The notes under the pieces are model-generated. The model had not been told where the DNA came from. It did not search any database and worked only from the letters and a program-made list of their open reading frames with translations. Shown one piece after another: positions 52,450 through 64,000 of a stretch of DNA of 64,000 nucleotides (position 1 is the first letter of the stretch; each line of letters begins with the position of its first letter). The DNA comes from Okamejei kenojei. Lineage: Eukaryota. The DNA lies in NCBI GenBank assembly GCA_035221665.1, contig CM069145.1, forward strand, positions 18,166,001 to 18,230,000. The letters are read 5' to 3'. The position numbers and the translations under genes are program-made.

Positions 52450-55400
52450 AAATCATTCTGCGTGTTGCATTTGAAATTCATTTTAAATTTGAGCTTATCA
52501 ATATGTATGCATAGTAGTTATGTTTACTTCATTGCTTTTTTCTCGAACATTTAAACTCCTGCCTAAATCTTCCTCTCTGAATAAAATCAGAGTGCAAGAT
52601 TCTGGCAGGAATGATGTTTGCAGTGGTGTATAAGCTTTACTAGTGACCATATCAAATGTGTAAATGACTATCTGAATGATTTCCTAAAGAATACTGCATT
52701 GCTTTAAGATTTCTTAATGGGTCATTTGACGATAAAAAAAATCTTGTGGTATGACTATGAGGATATTTTTTATTTGTGTATATATTTTGTGGTAGGTCTT
52801 TTGGTGCACATTGTATTGTTGTGCTCATGACCTATATTTAACATTCATTTGAGAGCCATACACCTGTTCCTCATCTATAGATGCATGATAAATATTTCAT
52901 CATGTGCTTTTGTTCCTGAAAGCGTACATATTCTTATTCAGAATCTTAAGGACTTGATCAAAAAAGTGCTTGTAATCTGCAGCTCTAAAACTGCTCCAGG
53001 AACAATTAGATAATGTTAAAATTATTTGTTGAAAAGGCTCAAATGGTTTGTACATTAAAGAAATGTGAACCAAGTTTAGTGAAACTGTGGTGTCATCAGC
53101 CATCCCACTGTAAGGTTGTTCGATTAACTGCATTCTTGCACAAATCCCATTGCTCCCTTCATAAATTATGAGGTTATTCACTATCACTAGAACTGTAACA
53201 AGGCTTCTTTGAATAATTATTTTTTCAGTAAATTAAATGCTAGCTAGCACTTTGTAAACTGGGGTGAATTTAATCAGTATGTTTGTCGTGATGGCTTCTA
53301 GATTTTGAAAAAAATGGAAAGCTATCCACATAGTCTCTTTATGAAACATTATTTCTTGTGGTGATTTATGCAATGGGACAGGTTGGTAGAGGACCGCTGA
53401 GTAGCTGATGTTTAATATAACGTTAATTCTCTCAGATTGAAAAACAATTAAAATTGATGCTGATCATCTTATGTACAGACGGATCTGGGAGTTCCCATAC
53501 ACAAATTATTTGAAGGTTAATGGGCAATTTGAAAGACAATTGGTATGTAGAGTTCTATTGAAAGAGGATTTGAATTGGAACCAAAAGCGGGGTCTTGACT
53601 GGCAATACCAACCATCCCTCTGCCTTCACAGATGCCGCCTGACCCCCACTTAGTCCCACCAGCTGTTTGTTTTTCTCCTGTCAATTCCTATGATTTATTT
53701 TTTTGTTTATGTTGTCTGTTATTTACAAACCTATTGTGCTGCTGCAAGTAAGTATTTTGTTGTTGCTTTTCAGTACATTTGACAATTAAACACACTTAAC
53801 TTTTGTATTTAATCCTATCACTATTGCCCCACTAGGTCCTAACATGTCACAATCTACATTCTGGATAGTGTAGATTGAGTTTAGATCCTTTATCCTATCC
53901 TTATTTTCATATAATTTATCCATTATTAATCATAAAATAACAATCCAAACATTAATATGGGAGGTAGGTAAGTACTTGACTGCAGCGCAGGAACCTCTCT
54001 ATTATACAGGTTGAGGAACTGGAAGTTATATAACTGATGTATTAAGAACACCACATTGGTTGGCAGGTGTAATTATAGCACTACAAGCTTACAGAGGCAG
54101 TTTGCATTATAAATGCAGTCAGAGGAATTTATAAAGTGAAAATCTGACAGGAACTGAATGAAGGTTTTTAATATATGATTAGAGAGCATAATAATGTTCA
54201 TTACTTATTTCCATCAGGCAATATTTGTTGAACATCAGTAAAGTTAATCAGAATGATCATGAAACATTCACAATTGTAACACAATATAATGGAAAGCAAA
54301 TTCTTTGATATTCATAGATAAAGCTCGACAGAAATAAGTAATAAAATATCATAATCCTCCATTGTATTAAACGATTAAAATAATCCAGAAAAAAACATAT
54401 AAGAAGCATCAATTTGTTTCTACTTGACATAAATATTTAAAATTTTTGGTTGCGGCACGCCAACTTGCAAATAAAACTTTTATCATTATCATTATACTAC
54501 AGGATGAATGAGTATAAAATGCTACCAGATAAATACTTTTTGAAAACTTGACATCTAAATTAGTATTGAGATATATAAATATTACGATAAAGGAATATTC
54601 TATATATGGTAGTTTTATTTTATTACTGATTTTGCAAGAACTGTGCAAAAGCCTGCATTCATTCCTCGTCTGCAGTAATAATAATTTACGCATGCAGGTG
54701 AGATATTCTGGTTTCCATTATCAGTACACTGGCATATTGACATAATGATTGACATCTGTGTTGTGGTTAATGACTATAATCAATCTGTGACTACTCTTGC
54801 TGAGAGCAAGCTTAGTAAACAAATAGACAATGCATCATTGAACAATTTGTAATTAAGCAAAGTGCAGCAATTGTGAAAAAGAGAAAATTCTGGAAATGCT
54901 CAGATGGTCTGGCAGCATCCATGAAGAGAGATATAAAGGTTGAGAAATCGATTGTATATGCTGAGAATTTTATTTGGAACTTACATGTAAACACTGACAA
55001 ATTTGGGACTTCAGCACCTACCCTTACGTTGAAGTTGCACACAATCTGTCACCACACTCCACTTCATGGAATCCATCAGTGGAGAACTAACTTGCTGGAA
55101 TGCCTCAGCACTAAGACTAAAACATTTGCTCCTGTATCTTGTGCCAGATTAGAGTAATGACAGGATTAGTCTTTCTACTAATTTGAATACAGATTTTATG
55201 GCTATATTAAAGTTAGGGTGAAGTTGCAATTTTGTAATTGTTTCAAGTTATTTCAAATGGTTTGATTTAAATTTTCCATATGGCTTTAAATTAAACAGAC
55301 ATTCAGAAGCATTGAAAAATCTTGATGGCTGGGTACACATCTTTGCCATCTGTCAAAGGCTTTCTAAATTATTTTATGGGTGATACTTGTTTTTGCATGC

Positions 55401-55602
55401 CCATATTGATTCTCATCATTTAGAATATGGAGTTACTTTTCAGTAACTAATAGAGACTACCTGTGTAACAATCCAACTATAACATACCCCAGCAGTTTCC
55501 ATAGGTGACCAACTGCAGCTAGCAAAATTTAGGCCAATGTTAACTTTTCAAGCCAATGACTTTCATAACCATAAAATGTTAGATACAAAACAGACATACA
55601 TA

Positions 55603-57212
55603 CAGTGCCCTCCATAATGTTTGGGACAAAGACCCCTCATTTATTTATTTACCTCTACTCCACCATTTGAGATTTTGTAATAGAAAAAGTCACATGTGGT
55701 AAAGTGCACATTGTCAGATTTTAATAAAGGGTATTTTTATACATTTTGGTTTCACCATGTAGAAATTACAGCAGTGTTTATACATAGTCCCCACATTTTA
55801 GGGCGCCATAATGTTTGGGACACAGCAATGTCATGTAAATGAAAGTAGTTATGTTTATTATTTAGTTGCATATTCTTTGTATGCAATGATTGCTTGATTC
55901 ATGGACATGACTGGCTGTCTTCTCTGGTGATGCTCTGCCAGGCCTTTATTGCAGCCATCTTATTGCAGCAGTTATGCTTGTTTTGGGGGCTAGTCTTCAG
56001 CATATAAAAGGCATTCTCAATTGGGTTCAGATCGGGTGATTGACATCGCTACTCAAGTGTAGACCATTTTTTAGCTTTGAAAAGTACCTTTGTTGCTTTA
56101 GCAGTACGTTTGGGATCATTGTCTTGCTGTGGAATGAACCGCCGGCCAATGAGTTTTGAACTTGAGCAGATAGGATGTGTCTATACACTTCAGAATTCAT
56201 TATGCTACTACCATCAGCAGTTGTATCATATTGAAGATAAGTGAGCCAGTACCTTCAGCAGCCATATAGCCCATTCCATAACACCCACGCCACCATGTTT
56301 CACAGATGAGGTGGTATGCTTTGGATCTTGGGCAATTCCTTCTCTCCTCCATACTTTGCTCTTACCATCATTTTGATACAAGTTAATCTCCGTCTCATCT
56401 GTCCACAAGACCTTTTTCCAGGACTGTGGTTGTTCTTTTAAATATTTATTGGCAAACTGTAACCTGGCCATCCTATTTTTGTGGCTAACCAGTGGCTTGC
56501 ATCTTGCAGTGTAGCCTCTATATTTCTGTCCATGAAGTCATCTGAGGACAGTGGTCATTGGCAAATCCACACCTGACTCCTGAAAAGTGTTTCTGGTCTG
56601 TCAGACAGGTGTCTGGGGATTTTTCTTTATTACAGAGATAATTCTTCTGTCATCAGCTGTGTAGGTCTTCCTTGGCCTGCCAGTCCCTTTGCGATTAGTA
56701 AGCTCACCGGTACTTTTTTTCCGCGTAATGATTTTCCAAACAGTTGATTTTGGTAAGCCTAAGGTTTGGCAGATGTCTCTAACAGTTTTATTCTTGTTTC
56801 CCAGTCTCATAATGGCTTATTTGACTATCATTGGCACAACTTTGGTCCTCATGTTGATAAACAGCAATAAAAGTTTCCAAATGTGATAGAAAGACTGGAG
56901 GAAAGACTGGGTGCTGAGTGTTCTCTTATACCTGCATTAAGGAGGCATTTAAACACACCCAAGCAATTACAAACACCTGTTAAGCCATGTGTCCCAAAAA
57001 TTAAGATGTCCTGAAATGGGAGGGACTATGTATAAACACAGCTGTAATTTCTACATGGTGAAACAAAAATGTATGAAAATACCCTTTAATAAAATTTGAC
57101 AATGTGCATTTTAACCACATGTGATTTTTTCCATTACAAATCTCAAATTGTGGAGTACAGAGGCAAATAAATAAATGATAGGTCTTTGTCCCAAACATTA
57201 TGGAGGGCACTG
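55603..57212 (-). mobile_element. Tc1-family transposon (IR/DR type), full-length size, transposase disrupted
   Basis: TA|CAGTGCCCTCCATAATGTTTGGGACAAAGACC...CACTG|TA with ~220-bp IRs and inner DRs. Transposase motifs GRPRKT, WKKVLWTDET and VKHGG. ATG at 56852 is followed by an early stop. Confidence 0.95.
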
Positions 57213-57913
57213 TATGTCATTGGCACAATATGTTAATATTATTCTCCATTTCCTGCAGAAATCCCCTGATCTACTGAGCAGTTCTACAGCTTTAGCTTCC
57301 ATTTTAAGATGCAGAGAACATTGGAGGGTCGCTGAGGATAGAATGAAGGGAGAGGTCTGTGACCACAACAAAGAAAATATTTGTGGCGGGAAGGAAGATA
57401 AGAGAGATTAAGCAGCAACGGGTTGATGGTGCAGGGAAAAGAGTGCAGGCAGCAACAGATAAAGCAAAAAAACAATTCACAGACAGCAACTTGATTATTT
57501 TCCTCAGTCCAGTGGAGACAACAGCAATGGCAATAATAATTTTTTAAAAGGTTGTAGCTGTTGGTAGTTATGCCAGCAATTGTTCCTGTTCTTAATTTCT
57601 CTTTGGATCAAGTAGCTTGCTTGACCATTTCAGAGATTAGTTAGGTTTACTAATTATTACTGGTAAACCTTAATTTTACTTCAGAACTTTCAAATTAGGA
57701 ATTTAAATGATTGCCAAACTTTGCAATATTTTGCCATTCAAAAAGATAATGACTAATTTGACAGTAACTTTTCCATATTCCCATTTAGCCCATGAATTTA
57801 TTATCAACATTCTTAAGAAGGTCTGTCAATGTCCATTTTAAAAATATTGACAGCCTGTTTCAACCACTTTTTGAGAAAAGGGGCTCCAAACACTCAATTG
57901 GCACATTCCTATC

Positions 57914-58250
57914 CGCTGCTCTAGATGTCAGCTGATCTACATCGGTGAGACCAAGCTTAAGCTTTGTGATCGCTCCGCCGAACACCTCCGCTCAGTCCGC
58001 ATTAACCAACCTGACCTCCCAGTGGCTCAGCACTTTAACTCCTTCTCCCATTCCGAATCCGACCTTTCTGTCCTGGGCCTCCTCCATTGCCAGAGTGCCC
58101 CCCCCCCCTCCTCCTCCCCCACCACCCTGCATCAGTCGGAGGAAGGGTTTCAGCCCGAAATGTTGCCTATTTCCTACGCACCGCACCCGCTGAGTTTCTC
58201 CAGCACTTTTGTCTACCTTCGATTTTCAAACATCTGCAGTTCCTTCTTGA
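57914..58250 (+). mobile_element. 5'-truncated Penelope-like element: GIY-YIG endonuclease remnant plus pLTR, 11-bp TSD
   Basis: Frame from 57911 reads IRCSRCQLIYIGETKLKLCDRSAEHLRSVRINQPDLPVAQHFNS (PLE GIY-YIG with CxxC/H/H). A decayed hammerhead and the pLTR follow. TSD ACATTCCTATC (57903-57913 and 58251-58261). Confidence 0.9.
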
Positions 58251-59749
58251 ACATTCCTATCATATATAGGCAGACCCTTCTTTTCAAACAGTGATCCTTA
58301 GTAAACAGTGCTTCTCCCACAGAAGAAAGATCTTTCTCTGCATCAACCCTTTCCAGAACCTCCAGGGTCTTAACTGTTGCAATAAAGTTATTTCTTACTT
58401 TCCTAAACAATAGCTGGTACAAGGCTCTCTGACGTTTCTCCCCAAGGCATTAAAAAAAAAATAGAATACTGATAGACTAAAGACAAAATATAACAAATCA
58501 ATCAATAAGCCAAGATGAAAACTCTTGATGGATACAAATCATTGCTCAGTGGAGCCAAATTAGATTTCCTTTCTTTCACACCACATTCACTTGAGATTGA
58601 TATATTCCAATAACTTCCAAAATATCCTTCCATAGCTCTATTGCAACAAAGTACTATTGCTAAGGTCTTGATTTATGTGACTGATATCTTTTGAATGTGA
58701 TGTACTTCACCTTCCAGAATTGGGAAATAATTTATTTTATGGCATCAGAACATGATCATTTTGTAATAGCCTCATAGCATTGTCAGTTAAGTTACAATGG
58801 TTACAACTTGAGTTACAACTCTGTTGCTTCCTTCGGTAACCAAAGCTGTTTTGCTTGACTGCTTAAAGAGGAGGAAGTGTGCAAGAATGGATTTAAGCCA
58901 TTGAGTTTGACAGTTAGTCATGCTTTTAATATGTTAATATGTTATTTTTAGACATTTACTGCATAAGGCTGAGTTTTGAAGTGAAAAACATACACTATTT
59001 CTAATAAATAAGGATACTGCCTCATGGCTGCTAACAGGATAAACAATAGAAAAATGTTCTTCATCTGTAATAGTGACTGAACTTTAATATGATATCTTTA
59101 GACAAAGTTAAGATAAATTAAAGCATGGTATAAATTTAAGTGTTTTAGCTTCCGTCTTATTTTTAGAGCATAGAGTACATATTTCAAAATTTAGCAATAT
59201 TGGTCAACACCAGAATTGAGCCCATTATGCACAGTATCAAGGAAAACTAGAAATCAGCTAAAAGAGTTATTTTGTGATGGACTGGCAAATCTGATGAAAC
59301 AAATATGCAGCAATCTTTTGGAATGGGTTTCATGTGTGCAAAGCTTATGAACAGAGCAGCTGTTGTGTTAAAAATTAATTCACAGATGCAGCTCTTGGGA
59401 ACAACATGACAGATGTGATGTTAGACAGAGAAAGGCTTGTGATATGCAAGATCAAAAACAGAACAGGGATACATTAAACTGTAACGTACATTAAAAATGC
59501 CAGTTAGTTCAATATTTGATGTAAAACCAACATATTAATCCCTACCAAAGACCTGATTCACTCAAAATCTACATGTCCAGGTTCTTCACCAAGGAATTCA
59601 ACTTTGTGTTTTCAAAAGGCAACCATTTACATCTTATGACAATATCATGTTGACCTTGTCACCTCAACTTGCTATTCACCAATTACAACACAGTATCATT
59701 TTCATGACTACAAAACAGTTAATTTAGTAATATATATTTGTCAAAAAAA

Positions 59750-60580
59750 TGCAGCAGGTTCTTGATCAGATGGTCGTGTGCTGTGGAATGGTGAATGAAG
59801 TTTAATGCGCATAAATGCAAGGTGTTGCTTTTTGAGAAGGGAAACCCAGGGCAAGACAACAGTGATTGGCAGGGTCCTGGTGACGTTGGAGAGGGATTTA
59901 TGAGCATAGGTAAATAGTTCCCTCAAAGCAGTGTCACAGGTGCATAGGGTGGTAAAGAAGGCTTTTGGCATGTTGGCCATGAGTCAGGATATTGAGTATA
60001 GAAGTTGGGATGTTACATTGCAGTTGTACAAGATGTTGGTGAGGCCACACTTGGAGTACAGTGCTCCGGTTTGGTCACCCTGCTATAAAGTATGTAATTA
60101 TGCTGGAAAGAGTGTAGAAAAGATTCATGACAATATTGCCAGGACTTGAGGGGATGAGCTATGGGCAGTGGTTGGGCAGGTCAGGACTTTATTCCTTGGA
60201 GCGCAGTAGTCGGAGAGGTGATCTGATAGAGGTCTAGAAAATCATGAGAATAGGGCGAATCCAGAGTCTATTACCTCAGGAAGGGGAATCAAAGACAAGA
60301 GAATACAGGTGAGAGGGACAAAATATAATACAAACCTGAGGGGCAACCTTTTCACTCAGAGGGCAGTGGGTATATGGAAATAGCTCCCATCGAAGGTAGT
60401 TGAGGGAGATACTATAATAGCATTTAAAAGACACTTGGACAGGTACATGGATAGAAAAGATTCATAGGGAAATGGGCCAGATCCTGGCAAATGGGACTAG
60501 CTTAGATTGGGAATCAGCATGGATGAGTTGGGCTGGCATGGATGAGTTGGGCTGAAGGGCCTATTTTTGTATGGCATTCA
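59750..60580 (+). mobile_element. CR1 3' fragment
   Basis: VVKKAFGMLA and [15 protein letters not shown] motifs plus CR1 3'UTR. Confidence 0.9.
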
Positions 60581-61059
60581 TTCTAGCTGATTTAATGTTA
60601 ATGCTACAATCAATAAAATACTACAAGGTAGCTTACTGTGAAGACTGAAATATTAATCAGTAATATGTATTCACCATTCATGAACTAATTGTCAGATGCA
60701 GCTGGATAAATACCTCACTGCCACATCAAGTGTTTTGTAGATATACAAAAGACATACTTTAAAATGTCTATAATTTTATTATAATTAAGTATTCTTATTT
60801 AATGTTTAAAAAAAAAGCTTTATCTGCCAAACAGCAAAGGCTGCTGAAAACTACTAGAAGGACTTTACTATAACCTTTTGAAGGCAATTATGACCTTGCC
60901 TGTAACACCCACGTTTCCAAAAGTAAATAAACATGAATTAAACTAGCATCAGTAGAATAAGCCTAAGGAAAAAAATATATCATTTGGGAACTTTAGCAAC
61001 AGCATAATATCTCTTATATCTAATAACTACCATTTTAGTGAAACTGAAATTCCCCTGCC

Positions 61060-61395
61060 CAGGGCTGCCAACATTGGGTGAGAGTTGGGAGTGAGAGATC
61101 AAGCCCGTGGGAGCGTAGCGACCGGGGGGTGGGGGGGGGGGGGGAGGAGATTGTCCCCATCCCATTAGCTTGAAATTGTGCAATATGATGCACACTGTAG
61201 CGAGTCTTTTAACTTACACTTGAATGCAATATATATGTTTTACATTCGATTAGCTATGAATAAGATTAGAGTAAATTACATTCCTAATTACGTTCCACAG
61301 TAGAGCCCAGGCTCTGAACAACAGGTGCAGCACATGAATGATTTAGTGTATTAATGTACGGAAATCAGATTATAATCAAGCACTTGGCCCATGTT
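61060..61395. mobile_element. Possible left arm of a hAT/P-like non-autonomous element; related sequence at about 62570-63090
   Basis: Begins CAGGGCTGCCAAC, similar to the TIR at 11388. The GAGCGTAGCGACCG/GAGCAACCGAG-G-run motif recurs near 62940. No partner TIR found in the window. Confidence 0.4.
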
Positions 61396-63099
61396 GACCA
61401 ACCTGGGTCTCACTTCACACCTGGTATTACCCCTGGCCCTGACTCCAGTTGCATACCTTCACTCATTCCTGACCCTGAGTCCAGCCTTACACCTGGCCCC
61501 CTATTCTTCCCTGATCATAGCTGCTTACCTGCTTAGGTTCCCAGTGCTGAACACACCCCTGGTCCCAGCTTTGACTGCACATCTAGTACTATTCCAGACC
61601 TTGACTCTGGATGCAAACTTGGCCTTGCTCCTAGCCCCTTTGCACTGACAATATATCTGGCCCACCCATAAAAGCCCCATGGGACTTAACCTATTACGTT
61701 CAAGTCCACAGGTGCTCCTCTAATGCAGTAACCTTTTATGGGGCACTTCATAGACCAAATTATAGAGAACAAAATTTGCTACATTCATTGGCTTCCTTGT
61801 TATCTAACATGCTAGTTACTTTGTCAAATAAGTCTTCAGTTGGTTGAACACAATTCCCATACATAAAATTATACTTACTCAGCTGTATAAGTATTCTGAT
61901 ACAATTTCTTTCATTTTTGTAACAAACTGTCCTGAAGTCATTTTCACCCCCAATATTTTCAGTATTTTGCTGTCTTCCTCTCAGCTGGGACTTTTCCAAA
62001 ATGCAGTTCAATAATTATATATTTACGCAATATTATCCTATTAAATGTGACCTTGAGAGTACATAATATTTTCAGTGGTATTCATAACACAACAATGATA
62101 AAAAAATATCTTTGTTTTGATTGTACCTACCAACATGCACACATTATCACATTACAGTTAATATGTACCGAGGGCAAAGTTTTGTTCCAATGCTCCCCAT
62201 TCCCAATTACTTCTACATTGAAGTGATTGAAATCCAAGTGAAGTTTAAATGGCATCATAAAAGTAAAACATCCGGAATGGATGATATTCATTATGTGGTT
62301 GGTTAGGGTCAGTATCAGCACAATTACTATATTAAACTTTGGATCTTCAGATATTCTGGTTCAGGCTAAAACTAAATCAAATAATAATCTCCTCACACAT
62401 TCCCCTGCAAATATCTCTGTCGCTCCTCTAAAATATGCCCCTTCTTTGAACAAGCTCTTAAACATCGCATCTGAATCAGTTTCCATCTGATTACACTCCT
62501 AGAGGATGTTCATCTACGTGTTCAATTAATAAAACAATGAGATTGGGGACATTTCTATTCAACCTGTCAAAGGAATTGGGGGGGGGGGGGGGGGGGGGGG
62601 GTGGGGGGTGGGGAAAGGGGGGGGGAGGTTAGAAATAGTCAGTGAGATACACGCATAATAATTGAGTGGCAAATGACACCATGCATGTCATTTAATATTA
62701 CACTTATCCCATTCCCATGGATATTCCAGATTAATAAATTAAGGTTTTGTCAACTAATTACAAATCAGGCTAATTACAAATCAATAACATTAGTCAACTC
62801 CGAAACATGAAGCGCTGAGCATTGGGATCCAGACATCACGGACAACTGGCCTCAGTTCCCCGCTCACATCCGTGGAGCATTTTTGAAAGGGGGAGGCTGA
62901 GCGATCACTGATCACTGGCCTTGGGGGTATCCGGTGAGGGAGTGGAGCAACCGAGTAGGGAGAGGGTGTGGAAGAAGGGTGTGCCCCCTCCCAGGGTGGG
63001 AACTTTTTTAAATTTGATGTATTAAAATCATGTTTTAGTGCATTGTGGAAGTATGATTTCAATGTTTTTCGTATGAAGTATTTTTAAGGGGTAACTTTT

Positions 63100-63325
63100 T
63101 AAGGGGTAACTTTATCCACACAAAGGGTGATGGGTGTATAGAACAAGCTGCCAGAGGATGTAGTTGAGGCAGGGACCATCCCAACATTTAAGAAACAGTT
63201 AGACTGATACATGGATAGGACAGGTTTGGAGGTATGGACCAAAAGCAGGTAGCGTAGCTGGGACATGTTGGCGGGTGTGGGCAAGTTACGCTGAAGGGCC
63301 TGTTTTCACACTGTATCACTATGAC
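63100..63325 (+). mobile_element. CR1 3' tail
   Basis: Reverse-complement homolog of 18330-18545. Confidence 0.85.
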
Positions 63326-63395
63326 TACATTATACCTCCACCAAGCATGAATGCTTCAAAATCAAGTGATCGAGTTTTATTGCCATATACTCAAG

Positions 63396-63738
63396 CATAG
63401 AAACATAGAAAATAGGTGCAGGAATAGGCCATCGGCCCTTCGAGCCAGCACTGCCATTCAATATGATCATGGCTATTCATCTAAAATCAGTACCTTTCCT
63501 GTTTTTTCCCCATTTCCCTTGATTTTTTTAGCCCCAAGAACTAAATATAACTCTCTCTTGAAAACATCCAGTGAATTGACCTGCACTGCCTTCTGTGGCA
63601 GAGAATTCCACAGATTCACAGCTCTCTGTGTGAAGAACGTTTGTCCTCATCTCAGTCCTAACTGGCCTCTCCTTTATTTTTAAACTGTGACCTCTGGTTC
63701 TGAACTCCCCCAACATCGGGAACTTTTTTCCTGCAGTT
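63396..63738 (-). mobile_element. CR1 3' fragment
   Basis: FPMLGEFRTRGHSLKIK motif and a (TTTCTATG)2 tail. Confidence 0.9.
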
Positions 63739-63841
63739 ACAGTAAGTGAAAATTTAGCAGGCAAGCAGGAATGCTTTCTCCAACCACCCCCATTTGAAGT
63801 CCACTATCTTCCACTGTTTCTACCCAGTGCTTGGTACTTAC

Positions 63842-63979
63842 TTCCAGCAGCCATTGTTTGTCCTCCAGGATGCACCGAGCCGCAGCCTGGTCCATGCCGG
63901 TCACCTGGGCGAATTTGGTACAGAGACTTTCATGGCAGCAGCGCAACGCTTCCGACGCCTTGCATTGAGGCTGCTCCAT
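63842..63979 (-). CDS. TDP2: TDP2-like first coding exon (N-terminal UBA-like domain); possibly an orphan or pseudogenic fragment
   Basis: Kozak gccATGG, 46 codons MEQPQCKASEALRCCHESLCTKFAQVTGMDQAAARCILEDKQWLLE, then a phase-0 GAA|gtaagt donor. The pattern LCxxFAxVxxxDxAxAxCxLxxxxWxxE and the intron position match TDP2 exon 1 as recalled. No downstream TDP2 exons recognised. Confidence 0.6.
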
Positions 63980-64000
63980 GGCCGGAGCTGCAGTGAGCGA

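Noticed and set aside
58399-58428. cag|AGAGCCTTG (RALYQLLFRK)|gtaaga as a possible TDP2 exon 2
   Set aside because: Poor acceptor, and the frame continues as a degenerate CR1 motif (LYSLEFRRMRGDLIE-like).
60894-60962. Good minus-strand acceptor (ttttttccttag) with a short open frame
   Set aside because: The peptide resembles neither DOCK1 nor TDP2, and the donor is weak.

Overview
This is vertebrate genomic DNA. The repeat set (CR1/HER1-type LINEs, HE1-type V-SINE, Penelope pLTRs) points to a cartilaginous fish, probably a skate or ray (inference). The window lies inside the DOCK1 gene on the minus strand. Two coding exons are recognisable: 22443-22521 (VFLRAINQYADMLNKKFLDQANFELQ) and 1190-1290 ([33 protein letters not shown]). 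The rest is intron packed with transposable elements: many CR1 pieces (one about 3 kb), Rex1/Babar and RTE remnants, a full-length-sized decayed Tc1, and a DIRS1-type retrotransposon with intact ITR/ICR ends. Also present are two PIF/Harbinger-type non-autonomous elements, a non-autonomous Helitron, a Tigger-like element, a GC-rich TIR element with a 7-bp TSD, tRNA-derived SINEs and a non-coding LINE-dependent family. Four observations stand out. (i) A dispersed Penelope-derived repeat carries a minimal hammerhead-ribozyme core, often as foldback pairs with TSDs. (ii) An orphan TDP2-like first exon and a second, unidentified first-exon-like fragment sit inside the DOCK1 intron, suggesting gene-fragment capture. 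(iii) The DIRS element has intact cis ends but ruined ORFs. (iv) There is a locally templated inverted insertion. All calls are by eye; no searches were run, and most repeat boundaries are approximate.
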